Source of the DNA: Candidatus Brocadiia bacterium
GTDB taxonomy: Bacteria > Planctomycetota > Brocadiia > CAIUPP01
Direction: 5' to 3'
Assembly: GCA_050015075.1 (NCBI GenBank)
Contig: JBEKCB010000002.1
Location: 184,180-248,179, forward strand
Length of the DNA: 64,000 nt
Shown here in pieces: positions 10,156 to 19,800 of the stretch. How positions within the stretch are numbered: position 1 is the first letter of the stretch; every line of letters begins with the position of its first letter. The notes under the pieces are model-generated. The model was not told the DNA's origin. It saw only the letters and a program-made list of their open reading frames with translations, and ran no database searches. Both the position numbers and the translations under genes were made by a program.

Positions 10156-10183
10156 TTGACATTCCGCAGGAGGGATATAGAAT
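10156..10183 (+). promoter_or_regulatory. sigma70 promoter for the rightward transporter cluster
   Basis: TTGACA-16-TAGAAT. Confidence 0.55.
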
Positions 10184-10414
10184 AGCAACGTGCTGCCGCA
10201 GCGTGTCGTAACGCGCCCGGTGTCTTGGCTTTGTCTGTGTTGCTCCGCTGACCACGGGCCCCTCTCGACGGCATTGCGCGCGAAGCCCCTGTCGCGCTTT
10301 TGAGCCGGCGCACGGTCTGCCGCCGGCGACCACGCCGGAAGATGCCGCTGAGACGATGCGTCTGTACTGTGAATACGAGGAAGCGGTAATGAGATTGAAT
10401 GAGGGTTCCCAGCG

Positions 10415-12436
10415 GTGACATGGCGCGCGGTTCTGGCCGGGATTCTGGCGGGCGCGTTCGTCTGCGCGTTCTGCTATTTCAACGACGCAGTGATGCACCA
10501 GACGATGTTCGTCGGCAGCATTATGCCGATTTCAGTGTACGGGGGCCTGATCCTTTTCGTTCTCCTGATCAACCCGCTTCTGGGACGACGGGCATTCTCT
10601 GCCGGCGAGCTGACGGTGGCGCTGGCGATGACGCTGGTGATGTGCGGCATTCCCGGCGCGGGGTTGCTGCGGTCGGGCACGGCGGCGATGATGATGCCGT
10701 GGCATTGGGAGCGAAGCAACCCGGGTTGGCGGGCGGAGGGAATTGTCGAGACGGCGCCCCGGCAGATGCTGGCCTCGCCGGGGGACCAGGACGATGCGGT
10801 CAACGGTTTTGTGCGGGGGCTCGGCAACGGGCGCGGGACTCCCAGCCTGCGCGCGGTGCCCTGGCGGGACTGGACCCGGACGCTGGCCTTCTGGCTTCCG
10901 CTGGCTCTGCTGTTATGGGTCGGGCTGATCGGACTGGCGCTGGTGGTCCATCGCCAATGGTCGGAGCACGAGCACCTGCGCTATCCCCTGGCGACGTTCT
11001 CGAATGCGTTGCTGCCGGAGCCGGGGAAGCGATGGGCCGCCGTTTTCAGCGACCGCCTGTTCTGGATCGGGGCGGGACTCGTGTTCCTGGTCCATTTCAA
11101 CAACTACCTCGCGGTATGGTTCCCGCAGTTTCTCGTGACGGTCCCCACCAAAATTGATCTGACCTCGCTCCTGCAACTGTCCCCCACCTACGCGGAAGGC
11201 GGCGGGTGGCCGCTGTTGCAGCCGCAACTGTATTTTTCAGTCCTGGCTTTCGCGTACTTCCTGGCCTCGGACGTGTCCTTGGCGATGGGGATCGGACCGT
11301 TCCTCAATCCGTTCCTGGTCGGCGCGCTGGCGAGCTACGGGCTTTCGCTCCAGTGGAGCGGGGTGAGCACGCCGAACGTGCAGAGCTTCATGAATTTCGG
11401 CGCCTATTTCGGCCTGCTGCTGGTGATCCTGTACACCGGGCGGCATTACTACAGCCAGGTATTTCGGCGGGCGGTCCTGATTCCGACGCCGGAGGCGCAG
11501 GCGTCGGAGACGGTCTGGGGCGCGCGCGTGTTCCTGCTCTGCGCCGGCCTCTTCACCGTCAGCCTCATTGCCGTGGGCCTGGACTGGCCGCTGGCGGTGC
11601 TGTACACGGGGTTAATCTTCGCGCTCTTCCTCGTCGTCGGCCGGCTCGTCGCGGAGACGGGGGCGTTTCTGGTCCAGGCGTACTGGTATCCCGGCGTCAT
11701 CGTCTGGGGTTTCTTCGGCGCGAGGGCGCTGGGGGTGAAGAGCGTACTGATCATGCTGCTCTTGTCTTCGGTCCTAATCATCGATCCGCGCGAGGCCATG
11801 ATGCCGTTCGTGGTGAATGCCTTGAAGCTGCTCGACCTGCGGCGCCAGAGAATGGGGCGGACGGCCGCGTGGTGCGGCATAGCGCTTCTGGTGGGGCTGG
11901 CGGTGGCGGTGCCGGCGACTTTGGCATTCCAATACGACCGGGGTGTTGATCGCGACGACGCGTTCGCGATGGTGGTGGCGTCGCAGAGACCGTTCGACAA
12001 GGCCATCGAAGTTAAGGAGCGACTGGTCGGGCAAGGCAATTTGGCGGTGGCCGAGGCGACGAGCGGTTGGAGCCGGTTCGCCGAGATATCGCCCAAGGTG
12101 CCCTGCCTGATCGGGTTTGCGGGCGGCCTGACGGCGGTGCTCGCGTTTGCGGCGCTTCGGCTGCGCTGGGCAAAATGGCCGCTGCACCCGGTGTTGTTCC
12201 TGGTCTGGAGCACATGGGCCGGGCGGGACATGTCGGCCTCGTTCCTGGGCGGATGGATGATCAAGCTCTTGGTGACGCGGTACGGCGGAGCGTCATGGTA
12301 TCAGCGGCTCAAGCCGCTGATGTTCGGGCTGATTGCCGGGGAGCTGCTCGGCGGACTCGTGCCGATGGGGATCGGATTCATCTACTGGCTGAAGACCGGA
12401 CTACCCCCCAAGGTATTCAATATTTTGCCGAACTAG
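10415..12436 (+). CDS. Polytopic membrane protein (DUF6785/DUF6784-like, putative transporter), copy 1
   Basis: Many TM segments; RQW.EHE.L.YPL, R.VAETG, WPLHP and PL..GLI.GE motifs. GTG start. Confidence 0.7.
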   Translation: MTWRAVLAGILAGAFVCAFCYFNDAVMHQTMFVGSIMPISVYGGLILFVLLINPLLGRRAFSAGELTVALAMTLVMCGIPGAGLLRSGTAAMMMPWHWERSNPGWRAEGIVETAPRQMLASPGDQDDAVNGFVRGLGNGRGTPSLRAVPWRDWTRTLAFWLPLALLLWVGLIGLALVVHRQWSEHEHLRYPLATFSNALLPEPGKRWAAVFSDRLFWIGAGLVFLVHFNNYLAVWFPQFLVTVPTKIDLTSLLQLSPTYAEGGGWPLLQPQLYFSVLAFAYFLASDVSLAMGIGPFLNPFLVGALASYGLSLQWSGVSTPNVQSFMNFGAYFGLLLVILYTGRHYYSQVFRRAVLIPTPEAQASETVWGARVFLLCAGLFTVSLIAVGLDWPLAVLYTGLIFALFLVVGRLVAETGAFLVQAYWYPGVIVWGFFGARALGVKSVLIMLLLSSVLIIDPREAMMPFVVNALKLLDLRRQRMGRTAAWCGIALLVGLAVAVPATLAFQYDRGVDRDDAFAMVVASQRPFDKAIEVKERLVGQGNLAVAEATSGWSRFAEISPKVPCLIGFAGGLTAVLAFAALRLRWAKWPLHPVLFLVWSTWAGRDMSASFLGGWMIKLLVTRYGGASWYQRLKPLMFGLIAGELLGGLVPMGIGFIYWLKTGLPPKVFNILPN

Positions 12437-12492
12437 CCGGCGTTGATGAATGAGATTGAGACCCGAGACCGTCTGAATAGGAATTCCCAGCC

Positions 12493-14514
12493 GTGACATG
12501 GCGCGCGGTACTGGCCGGGCTGGCGGGCGGCGCGTTCGTCTGCTCGTTCAGCTACTTCAACGACGCGGTCATGCACCAGACGATGTTGATCGGCAGCAAC
12601 ATGCCGATCTCGGTGTACGGCGGCCTGATCCTTTTCGTTTTGATCCTCAACCCGCTTCTGAAGCGCTGGGCATTTTCGGCCGCCGAGCTGGCGGTGTCGC
12701 TGGCGCTGGTGACGGTGATGTGCTGCATTCCCAGCGCGGGGTTGATGGAGACGTTCACGGCGACGCTGATGATGCCGTGGCACTGGGAGCGAAGCACGCC
12801 GGGTTGGCGGGCGGAGGGCATTGTCGAGACGGCCCCTCGCCGGATGCTGGCCTCGCCGGGAGATCGAGAGGACGCGCTGAACGGTTTTGTGCGGGGCATC
12901 GGCAACGGGCGCGGCCTTCCCAATCCGCGCGAGGTGCCCTGGCGGGCATGGCGCGCAACGCTGGTCTTCTGGCTTCCGGTGATTCTGCTGCTGTGGATCG
13001 GGCTGATCGGACTGGCGCTGGCCGTGCATCGCCAATGGTCGGAGCATGAGCATCTCCGCTATCCGCTGGCGACGTTCTCGAACGCGCTCCTGCCGGAGGC
13101 GGGAAAGCGATGGGGCACCGTATTCGGAGACCGCCTGTTCTGGATCGGGGCGGCGGTTGTGTTTCTGATCCACTTCAACAACTACCTCGCGACCTGGTTC
13201 CCGGAGTATCTCGTGACGGTCCCGACCAAGGTGGACTTGTCGTCCCTGGCGACGCTGTTTCCGACCTTCGCCGCAGGCAACGGCGGCGAAATGTTGCACC
13301 CAACCCTGTTTTTTTCGGTCCTGGCCTTCGCGTACTTCCTGGCCTCGGACGTGTCATTGGCGATGGGGATCGGACCGTTCCTCTATCCGGTGTTGGTCGG
13401 GGCGCTGGCCGGCTACGGGCTTTCGCTCACCGGCGGCGGAATGTCCGCCCCGAACGCGCAAAGCTTCATGAATTTCGGAGCTTATTTCGGCCTGCTGCTG
13501 GCGATCCTGTACACCGGGCGGCATTACTATAGCCGGGTATTTCGGCAGGCGGTCATGATCCCGACGGCGGAAGCGCAGCCGACGGAGGCGGTCTGGGGCG
13601 CGCGCGTGTTTCTGATTTGCGCCGGCCTCTTCACCGTCAATCTCGTCTGCGTGGGTCTGGACTGGCAACTGGCGATCCTGTACACCGGGTTGATCTTCAT
13701 GCTCTACCTGCTCGTCGCCCGCCTCATCGCGGAGACGGGAGCGTTCATGGTCCAGCCGTATTGGTTCCCCTGCGTCACGCTCTGGGGAATCTTCGGCGCG
13801 AGGGCGCTGGGAGCGAAGACCGTGCTGATCATGCTGCTGCTCTCGGCGGTCCTGGCCGTTGACCCGCGCGAGGCGCTGATGCCGTTCCTGGTCAACGCCT
13901 TCAAGCTGCTCGACCTGCGGCGGCAGAGAATCGGCCGGCCGGCCGCGTGGTGCGGTGTGGCCCTTTTGATCGGGCTGGCGGTGGCGGTGCCGGTGACTTT
14001 GGCGTTCCAGTACGACCGGGGCATTGATCATGACGACTGGTGGGCGACGGAGATCGTGCCGCAGAGACCGTTCGACAAGGCCGTCGAAGTTCGGGAGCGG
14101 CTGACGGCGCAAGGCGCGCTGGCGGCGGCCGAGGCGACGACCGGATGGCGGCGCTTCGCGGAGATGTCGCCCAAGGCGCCCTGCCTGATCGGGTTCGGGA
14201 GCGGCCTGGCGGTTGTGCTCGCGTTTGCGGCGCTCCGCCTGCGCTGGCCGAAATGGCCGCTGCACCCGGTGCTGTTCCTGGTTTGGGGCACGTATGCCGG
14301 GCAGCAGTTCGGCGCCTCGTTCCTCGGCGGATGGGGCGTTAAGCTCCTGGTGACTCGGTACGGCGGAGCCTTGTGGTATCAGCGGCTCAAGCCGCTCATG
14401 TTCGGGCTGATCGCCGGCGAGATGCTCGGAGGGCTCGCGCCGATGGCGATTGGATTCGTCTACTGGCTGTCCACGGGACTGCCGCCGAAGAGTTTCTACA
14501 TTCTTCCGGGCTAG
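12493..14514 (+). CDS. Polytopic membrane protein (DUF6785/DUF6784-like), tandem paralog, copy 2
   Basis: Same length (673 aa) as copy 1 and colinear with it at high identity. Flanking sequences are duplicated too. Confidence 0.7.
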   Translation: MTWRAVLAGLAGGAFVCSFSYFNDAVMHQTMLIGSNMPISVYGGLILFVLILNPLLKRWAFSAAELAVSLALVTVMCCIPSAGLMETFTATLMMPWHWERSTPGWRAEGIVETAPRRMLASPGDREDALNGFVRGIGNGRGLPNPREVPWRAWRATLVFWLPVILLLWIGLIGLALAVHRQWSEHEHLRYPLATFSNALLPEAGKRWGTVFGDRLFWIGAAVVFLIHFNNYLATWFPEYLVTVPTKVDLSSLATLFPTFAAGNGGEMLHPTLFFSVLAFAYFLASDVSLAMGIGPFLYPVLVGALAGYGLSLTGGGMSAPNAQSFMNFGAYFGLLLAILYTGRHYYSRVFRQAVMIPTAEAQPTEAVWGARVFLICAGLFTVNLVCVGLDWQLAILYTGLIFMLYLLVARLIAETGAFMVQPYWFPCVTLWGIFGARALGAKTVLIMLLLSAVLAVDPREALMPFLVNAFKLLDLRRQRIGRPAAWCGVALLIGLAVAVPVTLAFQYDRGIDHDDWWATEIVPQRPFDKAVEVRERLTAQGALAAAEATTGWRRFAEMSPKAPCLIGFGSGLAVVLAFAALRLRWPKWPLHPVLFLVWGTYAGQQFGASFLGGWGVKLLVTRYGGALWYQRLKPLMFGLIAGEMLGGLAPMAIGFVYWLSTGLPPKSFYILPG

Positions 14515-14602
14515 CCGGCGTTGCGGACGAGGAATGTTTCATGAATCTTGGCGCGCATTTCGGTATGCTATGGGTGATCCTGCTTCCGCCCTGGGTGTGT
14601 TG

Positions 14603-16069
14603 ATGAAAAAGATCGAGATCAGAGATCAGCCGTCGCTGGGGGTCGGGAAGACCTTGTCCCTGACGCTTACCGGCATCCGCTATCGTCTTTTCCGGTCGCT
14701 GGTGACCGTCGGCGTTGTGGCGGTGGCGATGGCGTTCCTGATGAACGTGCTGAGCGAGAGTCTCGTCCGGGGCGCGGTGCTCCGGGCCACGACGCTGCGC
14801 GCGGCTCAGTTGCACCAGGCCTACGTGTGGGTCACGAAGCTCTCCGACCCCGGCGTGCTGGATTCCATTCTGACCGCGATGGCGGCCCCGCGCCCCGAGG
14901 CGGTTGACGAGGCCGTCTCCATGGCGAAGCTGCCGCCGGAAGACGGGGTCTTTCTGGAGAGCCGGTGCCGGCAGGCGGCCGAATACCTGCGCTTCTTTGC
15001 GGCGCTCGATTACGGCGCGCGACGGCAGCTCACCGGCAAGGCGGAGGGTACGGCCATTTTCGACGGTCTCCAATCGCCGGCGGCACAGGCCGATTTCTTC
15101 GGCAAGGCAAAAGAGATTCGGTCGCTCCGGCTTCCAGGCGGCGCCGACACGTTCCAGAAGTTCCTGCGCGAGTGGCCGGGAGTGAAGGAAAAACTGGAGC
15201 GCATCCGCGCGGCGCGAGCGGCGGCGATCGCGCAGCTTCAAGGCTCGCTGCGCGGTCGTACGGTCATGGAAGCGCTTGCCGAGGCCGACGGCGCGTTCGG
15301 CGCGGCGATCCGGGCGGCCGGGTTCCGTTTCCCGGAAGATGTGGCGCGCACCGTCGCCGAGCAGGCGCGCCAGGCGTGCGACGGCCAGTTCCTGGAAGCG
15401 GGGCTTCTCCGACCCGCCGTGCGGCAGGCCGTCGCCGGCCGGCTGGACCTCACATTGAACGAGGTCAACCCGCAGGTCCTCTGGACGTTCCTGAGGAGCC
15501 GCGAGAGCGCCGCATGGTACCTGGACCGGCTCAAGGAAGCCGACATTCCCGTGGCCGGCCTGACGCCCGAGCGCCTGATGGCGCTGGCGCGCGTCCAGAC
15601 GGAGGAGGCGACGCTCGCGCAACTCGTGCCGCTTCAGGCCGACGTCGAAGCGGGCGAGACCGGAATCCAGGAACGGATGCTCTGGCTGATCCTGGTCTCG
15701 ATGGTCGTCTGCGCGGTGGGGATCGCCAACGCCATGCTCATGTCCGTCACGGAGCGTTTCCGGGAAATTGCGACGTTGAAATGTCTCGGCGCGCTGGACC
15801 GGACCATCATGGGCATGTGCGTCATCGAAGCGACGATCCTCGGCGTGACGGGCGGCGCGGCCGGCGCCCTGGCCGGGACACTGCTCGGGTTGAGCCGGAT
15901 GAGCGCCGCGTTCGGCGGCATTGCGCTGAGCACGATGCCGATCGGCGCGTTGTGCCTGGCCATGGCCGGTTCGATCCTGGTCGGAATCGCCCTGGCCGCG
16001 GTGGCGGCATTGTACCCCTCGTTCAAAGCCGCGCGGCTGGCGCCGATGGAAGCGATGCGGGTAGAATGA
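14603..16069 (+). CDS. FtsX/MacB-like ABC permease
   Basis: C-terminal GIANAMLMSVTERFREIATLKCLGA and YP..KAARL.P.EAMR. Probable ATG at 14603. Confidence 0.85.
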   Translation: MKKIEIRDQPSLGVGKTLSLTLTGIRYRLFRSLVTVGVVAVAMAFLMNVLSESLVRGAVLRATTLRAAQLHQAYVWVTKLSDPGVLDSILTAMAAPRPEAVDEAVSMAKLPPEDGVFLESRCRQAAEYLRFFAALDYGARRQLTGKAEGTAIFDGLQSPAAQADFFGKAKEIRSLRLPGGADTFQKFLREWPGVKEKLERIRAARAAAIAQLQGSLRGRTVMEALAEADGAFGAAIRAAGFRFPEDVARTVAEQARQACDGQFLEAGLLRPAVRQAVAGRLDLTLNEVNPQVLWTFLRSRESAAWYLDRLKEADIPVAGLTPERLMALARVQTEEATLAQLVPLQADVEAGETGIQERMLWLILVSMVVCAVGIANAMLMSVTERFREIATLKCLGALDRTIMGMCVIEATILGVTGGAAGALAGTLLGLSRMSAAFGGIALSTMPIGALCLAMAGSILVGIALAAVAALYPSFKAARLAPMEAMRVE

Positions 16070-16105
16070 CGGGAACGCGGACTGTAGAGTGAGCAACCAC
16101 AAATT

Positions 16106-16870
16106 ATGAATATGACCATCGCCATAACATCCGCGAAGGGGCGCGTGATCATCCGCACCGTGAACCTCAAGAAAATCTACATCAAGAAGGACGTGATAAC
16201 CGAGGCGCTCCGCGGCGTGGACGTGGAGATTTTCACCGGCGAGTTCATCTCTCTCATGGGGCCGTCCGGCTCCGGCAAGAGCACCTTCTTCAACATGGTC
16301 GGCGGGCTGGACAGTCCCACGAGCGGGCGCGTGTTCATTGACGAAGTGGACGTGGCGCAATTGACGGCGGTGGAACTGGCTTTTCTGCGATGCCGGAAGA
16401 TCGGCTACATCTTCCAGAGCTACAACCTGATCCAGTACCTGACGGCGCTGGAAAACGTCACCACGCCGATGGCGTTCGCCGGCGTGGACCCCGACGAGGC
16501 GCGCACGCGCGGGATGGAACTCCTGACGCTGGTGGGCCTGAAGGAGCGGTGGACCCACCGGCCGATCGAAATGTCCGGCGGCCAGCAGCAGCGCGTCGCG
16601 ATCGCGCGTTCCATGGCCAACCGCCCGTCGCTGCTCCTGTGCGACGAGCCGACGGCCAACCTGGACCTGAAGACCGGCCGGGAGATCCTGGAGATCCTCC
16701 GGATGCTGAACCAGGAACGCAACATGACGATTCTTTGCGCCACGCACGACCACCGCATGTTGGACATCTGCGACCGGCTGATCTGGATCCGTGACGGCCG
16801 CGTCGAGCGGATCGCGCGCCGGGACCAGGTGCAGATCGAAGTCGGCAGCATCGGCGGAGAAAAAGCCTAA
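16106..16870 (+). CDS. ABC transporter ATP-binding protein (LolD/MacB type)
   Basis: GPSGSGKS, MSGGQQQRVAIAR, DEPT.NLD and THD motifs. Confidence 0.95.
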   Translation: MNMTIAITSAKGRVIIRTVNLKKIYIKKDVITEALRGVDVEIFTGEFISLMGPSGSGKSTFFNMVGGLDSPTSGRVFIDEVDVAQLTAVELAFLRCRKIGYIFQSYNLIQYLTALENVTTPMAFAGVDPDEARTRGMELLTLVGLKERWTHRPIEMSGGQQQRVAIARSMANRPSLLLCDEPTANLDLKTGREILEILRMLNQERNMTILCATHDHRMLDICDRLIWIRDGRVERIARRDQVQIEVGSIGGEKA

Positions 16871-19800
16871 GTGCAAATACGGAAGCCTGTTTTCTCGCGT
16901 TCATACTCTCTCGCGTTGATCGGCGCGCTTCTCCTGGCCGCCGCTCCGCGCGCGCCGGCGGAAAACACCGACGCGTTCCACGCCGATTGCCTGGCGCTGA
17001 CGGCGGACGCTCATCGGCTGACCGGCAGCCCCGAATACCGGCGCGCGGCCGACTACGTGGAGCAGCGGTTGCGCGCGAGCGGCATGGACGAGGTCGTCGT
17101 CGAGGAGTTCCCCGCCGTCCGCGCCGTCGTGAAGCGCTGCGACATGACGCTGGAGAATTCGCGGCGGCTCGATCTCCTCCCGATGCGGGCGAACGGGCTG
17201 ATGCTCCCCGTCACGCCGGCGGACGGAATCACCGGGCCGATTCAATACGCCGGGATGGGCCGGCTGGAGGACTACGGCCGCGCGCCGGCCGGCGCGATTG
17301 TGGTCCTGGACTACAACGCCGGCGCGGCGTGGATGGATGCCTTCCGGATGGGGGCCAAAGCGGTGGTGTTCGTCCGCAACGGCCCCACGACGGCGCCGGC
17401 CGCCCACTCGATCGAGAACCACGCCGACTTCCCGCGTTTCTACTATCCGGGTCCGGCCAGCGACCTGCCCGACGGCGCGCCGGCTACCCTTCGCAGCGAA
17501 ATCGTGTGGGAAAGCGCCACCGGCCGCAACGTCTTCGGTTTCCTCAAAGGAACCAAGCCGACGTTCGACCTGGAGAAAGAGGAATGCCTTATCCTGGCGG
17601 CGAATCTCGACAGCTTCGGCGAGGTCCCCGAGCGTTCGCCCGGCGCGCGCGGCGCGGCCAACGCCGCCGCCTTGATCCAGATGGCGGAGTACCTGAAGGC
17701 GCATCGTCCGCGCCGGCACGTGCTGCTGGCCTTCTTCGACGGCCAGGCCCAGGGGCATGCCGGAAGCCGGGCGTTCTACCAGGCGCTCGAACCGACCGAC
17801 AACGAAGCCGGGCTGGTGAAGCGCGAAGCGTCCTGGAGCGAGGAGACGAAATTCCTCGGCGAGTTGGTCGAAGCCGCCAAGTCGCAGGACCCGTTTGCTC
17901 CGGCCGCCGCCGGTGCGGAACTGCTCCTTCGATTGAAGGAAAAGGCCAAATGGCACGCCAGCACGCTCAGTATTGATCTGGCGGAATGGCGCCGTAGCGC
18001 GGCGCTCGGCACGGCCGCGCCGGCGGAGGTCGAAGCGCTCCAGAGCCGGATCACGCAGGCGGAGGCGGCCAAGGAGCGGTGGAACGCACTGCTGCGCTGC
18101 CTGTCGCGTCGAACACCGGTCGAGACGGTCCGGACGGAGCTGACGCAGGTCTTCAAGGAGGTCGGCGACGACGTGGACGCCCGCCGGGCGGAATTGGCCG
18201 CGGACCGCCGCACGCTCGACGCGGACCGCCGGCTCCAGGAACTGGTCGGGCAACGATGGATCAGCCTTCATCTCTCGCTGATGCTCGGGGACACGACGCC
18301 GCGCTGCGCGTTGATCATCGGCGGCGAATCGCGATTCCATGCCATTCAGGACAACCCCGGTCTCTACGACCGCATCCAGGCCGCCGCCCTGGCCGCCGCC
18401 AGGGAATCGAATGTCCAGCAGTTCGAGATCTCCTCAGCGGACCTGTCGTTCCCGCAGACGCGCGCGCTGTGGGCCGCGCCGAAGCTGGTCCATAGCGGCG
18501 AGGTGGCCGGGCGAATGGGAATCTACGATGCCGTGCTGGGCACGGTGCAGGAGGACCTGCGGCTCGAGGGTACGCCGGACGACGTCCCGGCCGCCCTGGA
18601 CCTGGCGCGGATCGAAACGCAGGCGCAGGGAATGGCGCCGTTCGTCAAGTCCCTCGCCGACTGCAAGGAGCTTTCGGCGCTCCGGGTGATCGTGCCCGAC
18701 TACCAGTTCTTCCCCGCCAAGTTCGAATCCGATCACCGCTCGCACGGACCGCTGGTTATGAGCCGCGCGCCGGGCAGCGCGCTGGCGGACCACCCCCTGA
18801 ACGGCGCCATGGTCCAGGTCCTTGCGGACCGCCGGCAGCAGTTCAGCCTCCTTCCCAGGCGCGCTTACGCCTTCAATGATTTCATCCTGCTGCGCACGAA
18901 CCGGAACGGCGCCTTTCCCTTCGGCCCGGTGCGCCCGCAGCCGTCCGATCTGACCATCCAGTCATTCGCCGTCTCCTTCGATGAGCACGGGCAGATCCTC
19001 CAGGCGAGCACGTACTACTCGGGTTGGGAGACGCCGTACGAGCGGCTGGAGACCTTCCCCGCAACTCACGGCTGTCTCGTCGTCTCGCAGCGCGCCATGG
19101 CCACCGACCCGGTTTCCACGCGGGTCGAGGCGCAGGTCATGGATGCGCGCTCGGACAGCCCGCTCGACACTGAGCACGCCTGGACCATGACGCGCGACAA
19201 CAGCGTCGCCTGGTTCTGCGAGCCGAAGGTGCGGGCGACGAAGCTTTTCGGCCTTCGCTCGGTGGTAGCCTTAAGCGACAAGCCGGTGCTCTATACCAAC
19301 GTCGCGGAGCGTTCGGCGGAGGACCTCTGGCAGTTGGACCAGGGGCGCATGCTGACGCTCCAGTCGCGCGGGGTGAACCACCACGCTCTCGACGAGTTGC
19401 AGGGGCGCAGCGAGGACCTCTTCCGCGAGGCCGGCTCCACGGAGGGCGTCCGGGTCGCGGAAGCCCTGCGCGCCTCTTCCTTCATGGCGGGAGCGCCGAT
19501 TTACTGGGAAGTGCGCACCGCGCTCGACGACCTCGTCCGAGCCGTGCTGATCCTCCTGGCGCTCGCGGTGCCCTTCGCCTTCGCCCTCGAACGCCTGCTG
19601 ATCGGCGCGACCAATATTTACCGCCAGATCCTCTGGTTCGGCCTCTTCTTTACCGCAACGTTCCTGTTGCTCTTCTTCACCCATCCGGCGTTCGCCGTCT
19701 CCAACAGCTCGATCATCATCTTCCTGGGATTCGTCGTACTGGTACTCTCGCTCGTCGTCATCACGATCATCATGCGGAAATTTGAGACGGAGCTCAAAGC

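Noticed and set aside
14396-16876. 826-aa minus-strand ORF
   Set aside because: Antisense to the FtsX permease and ABC ATPase.
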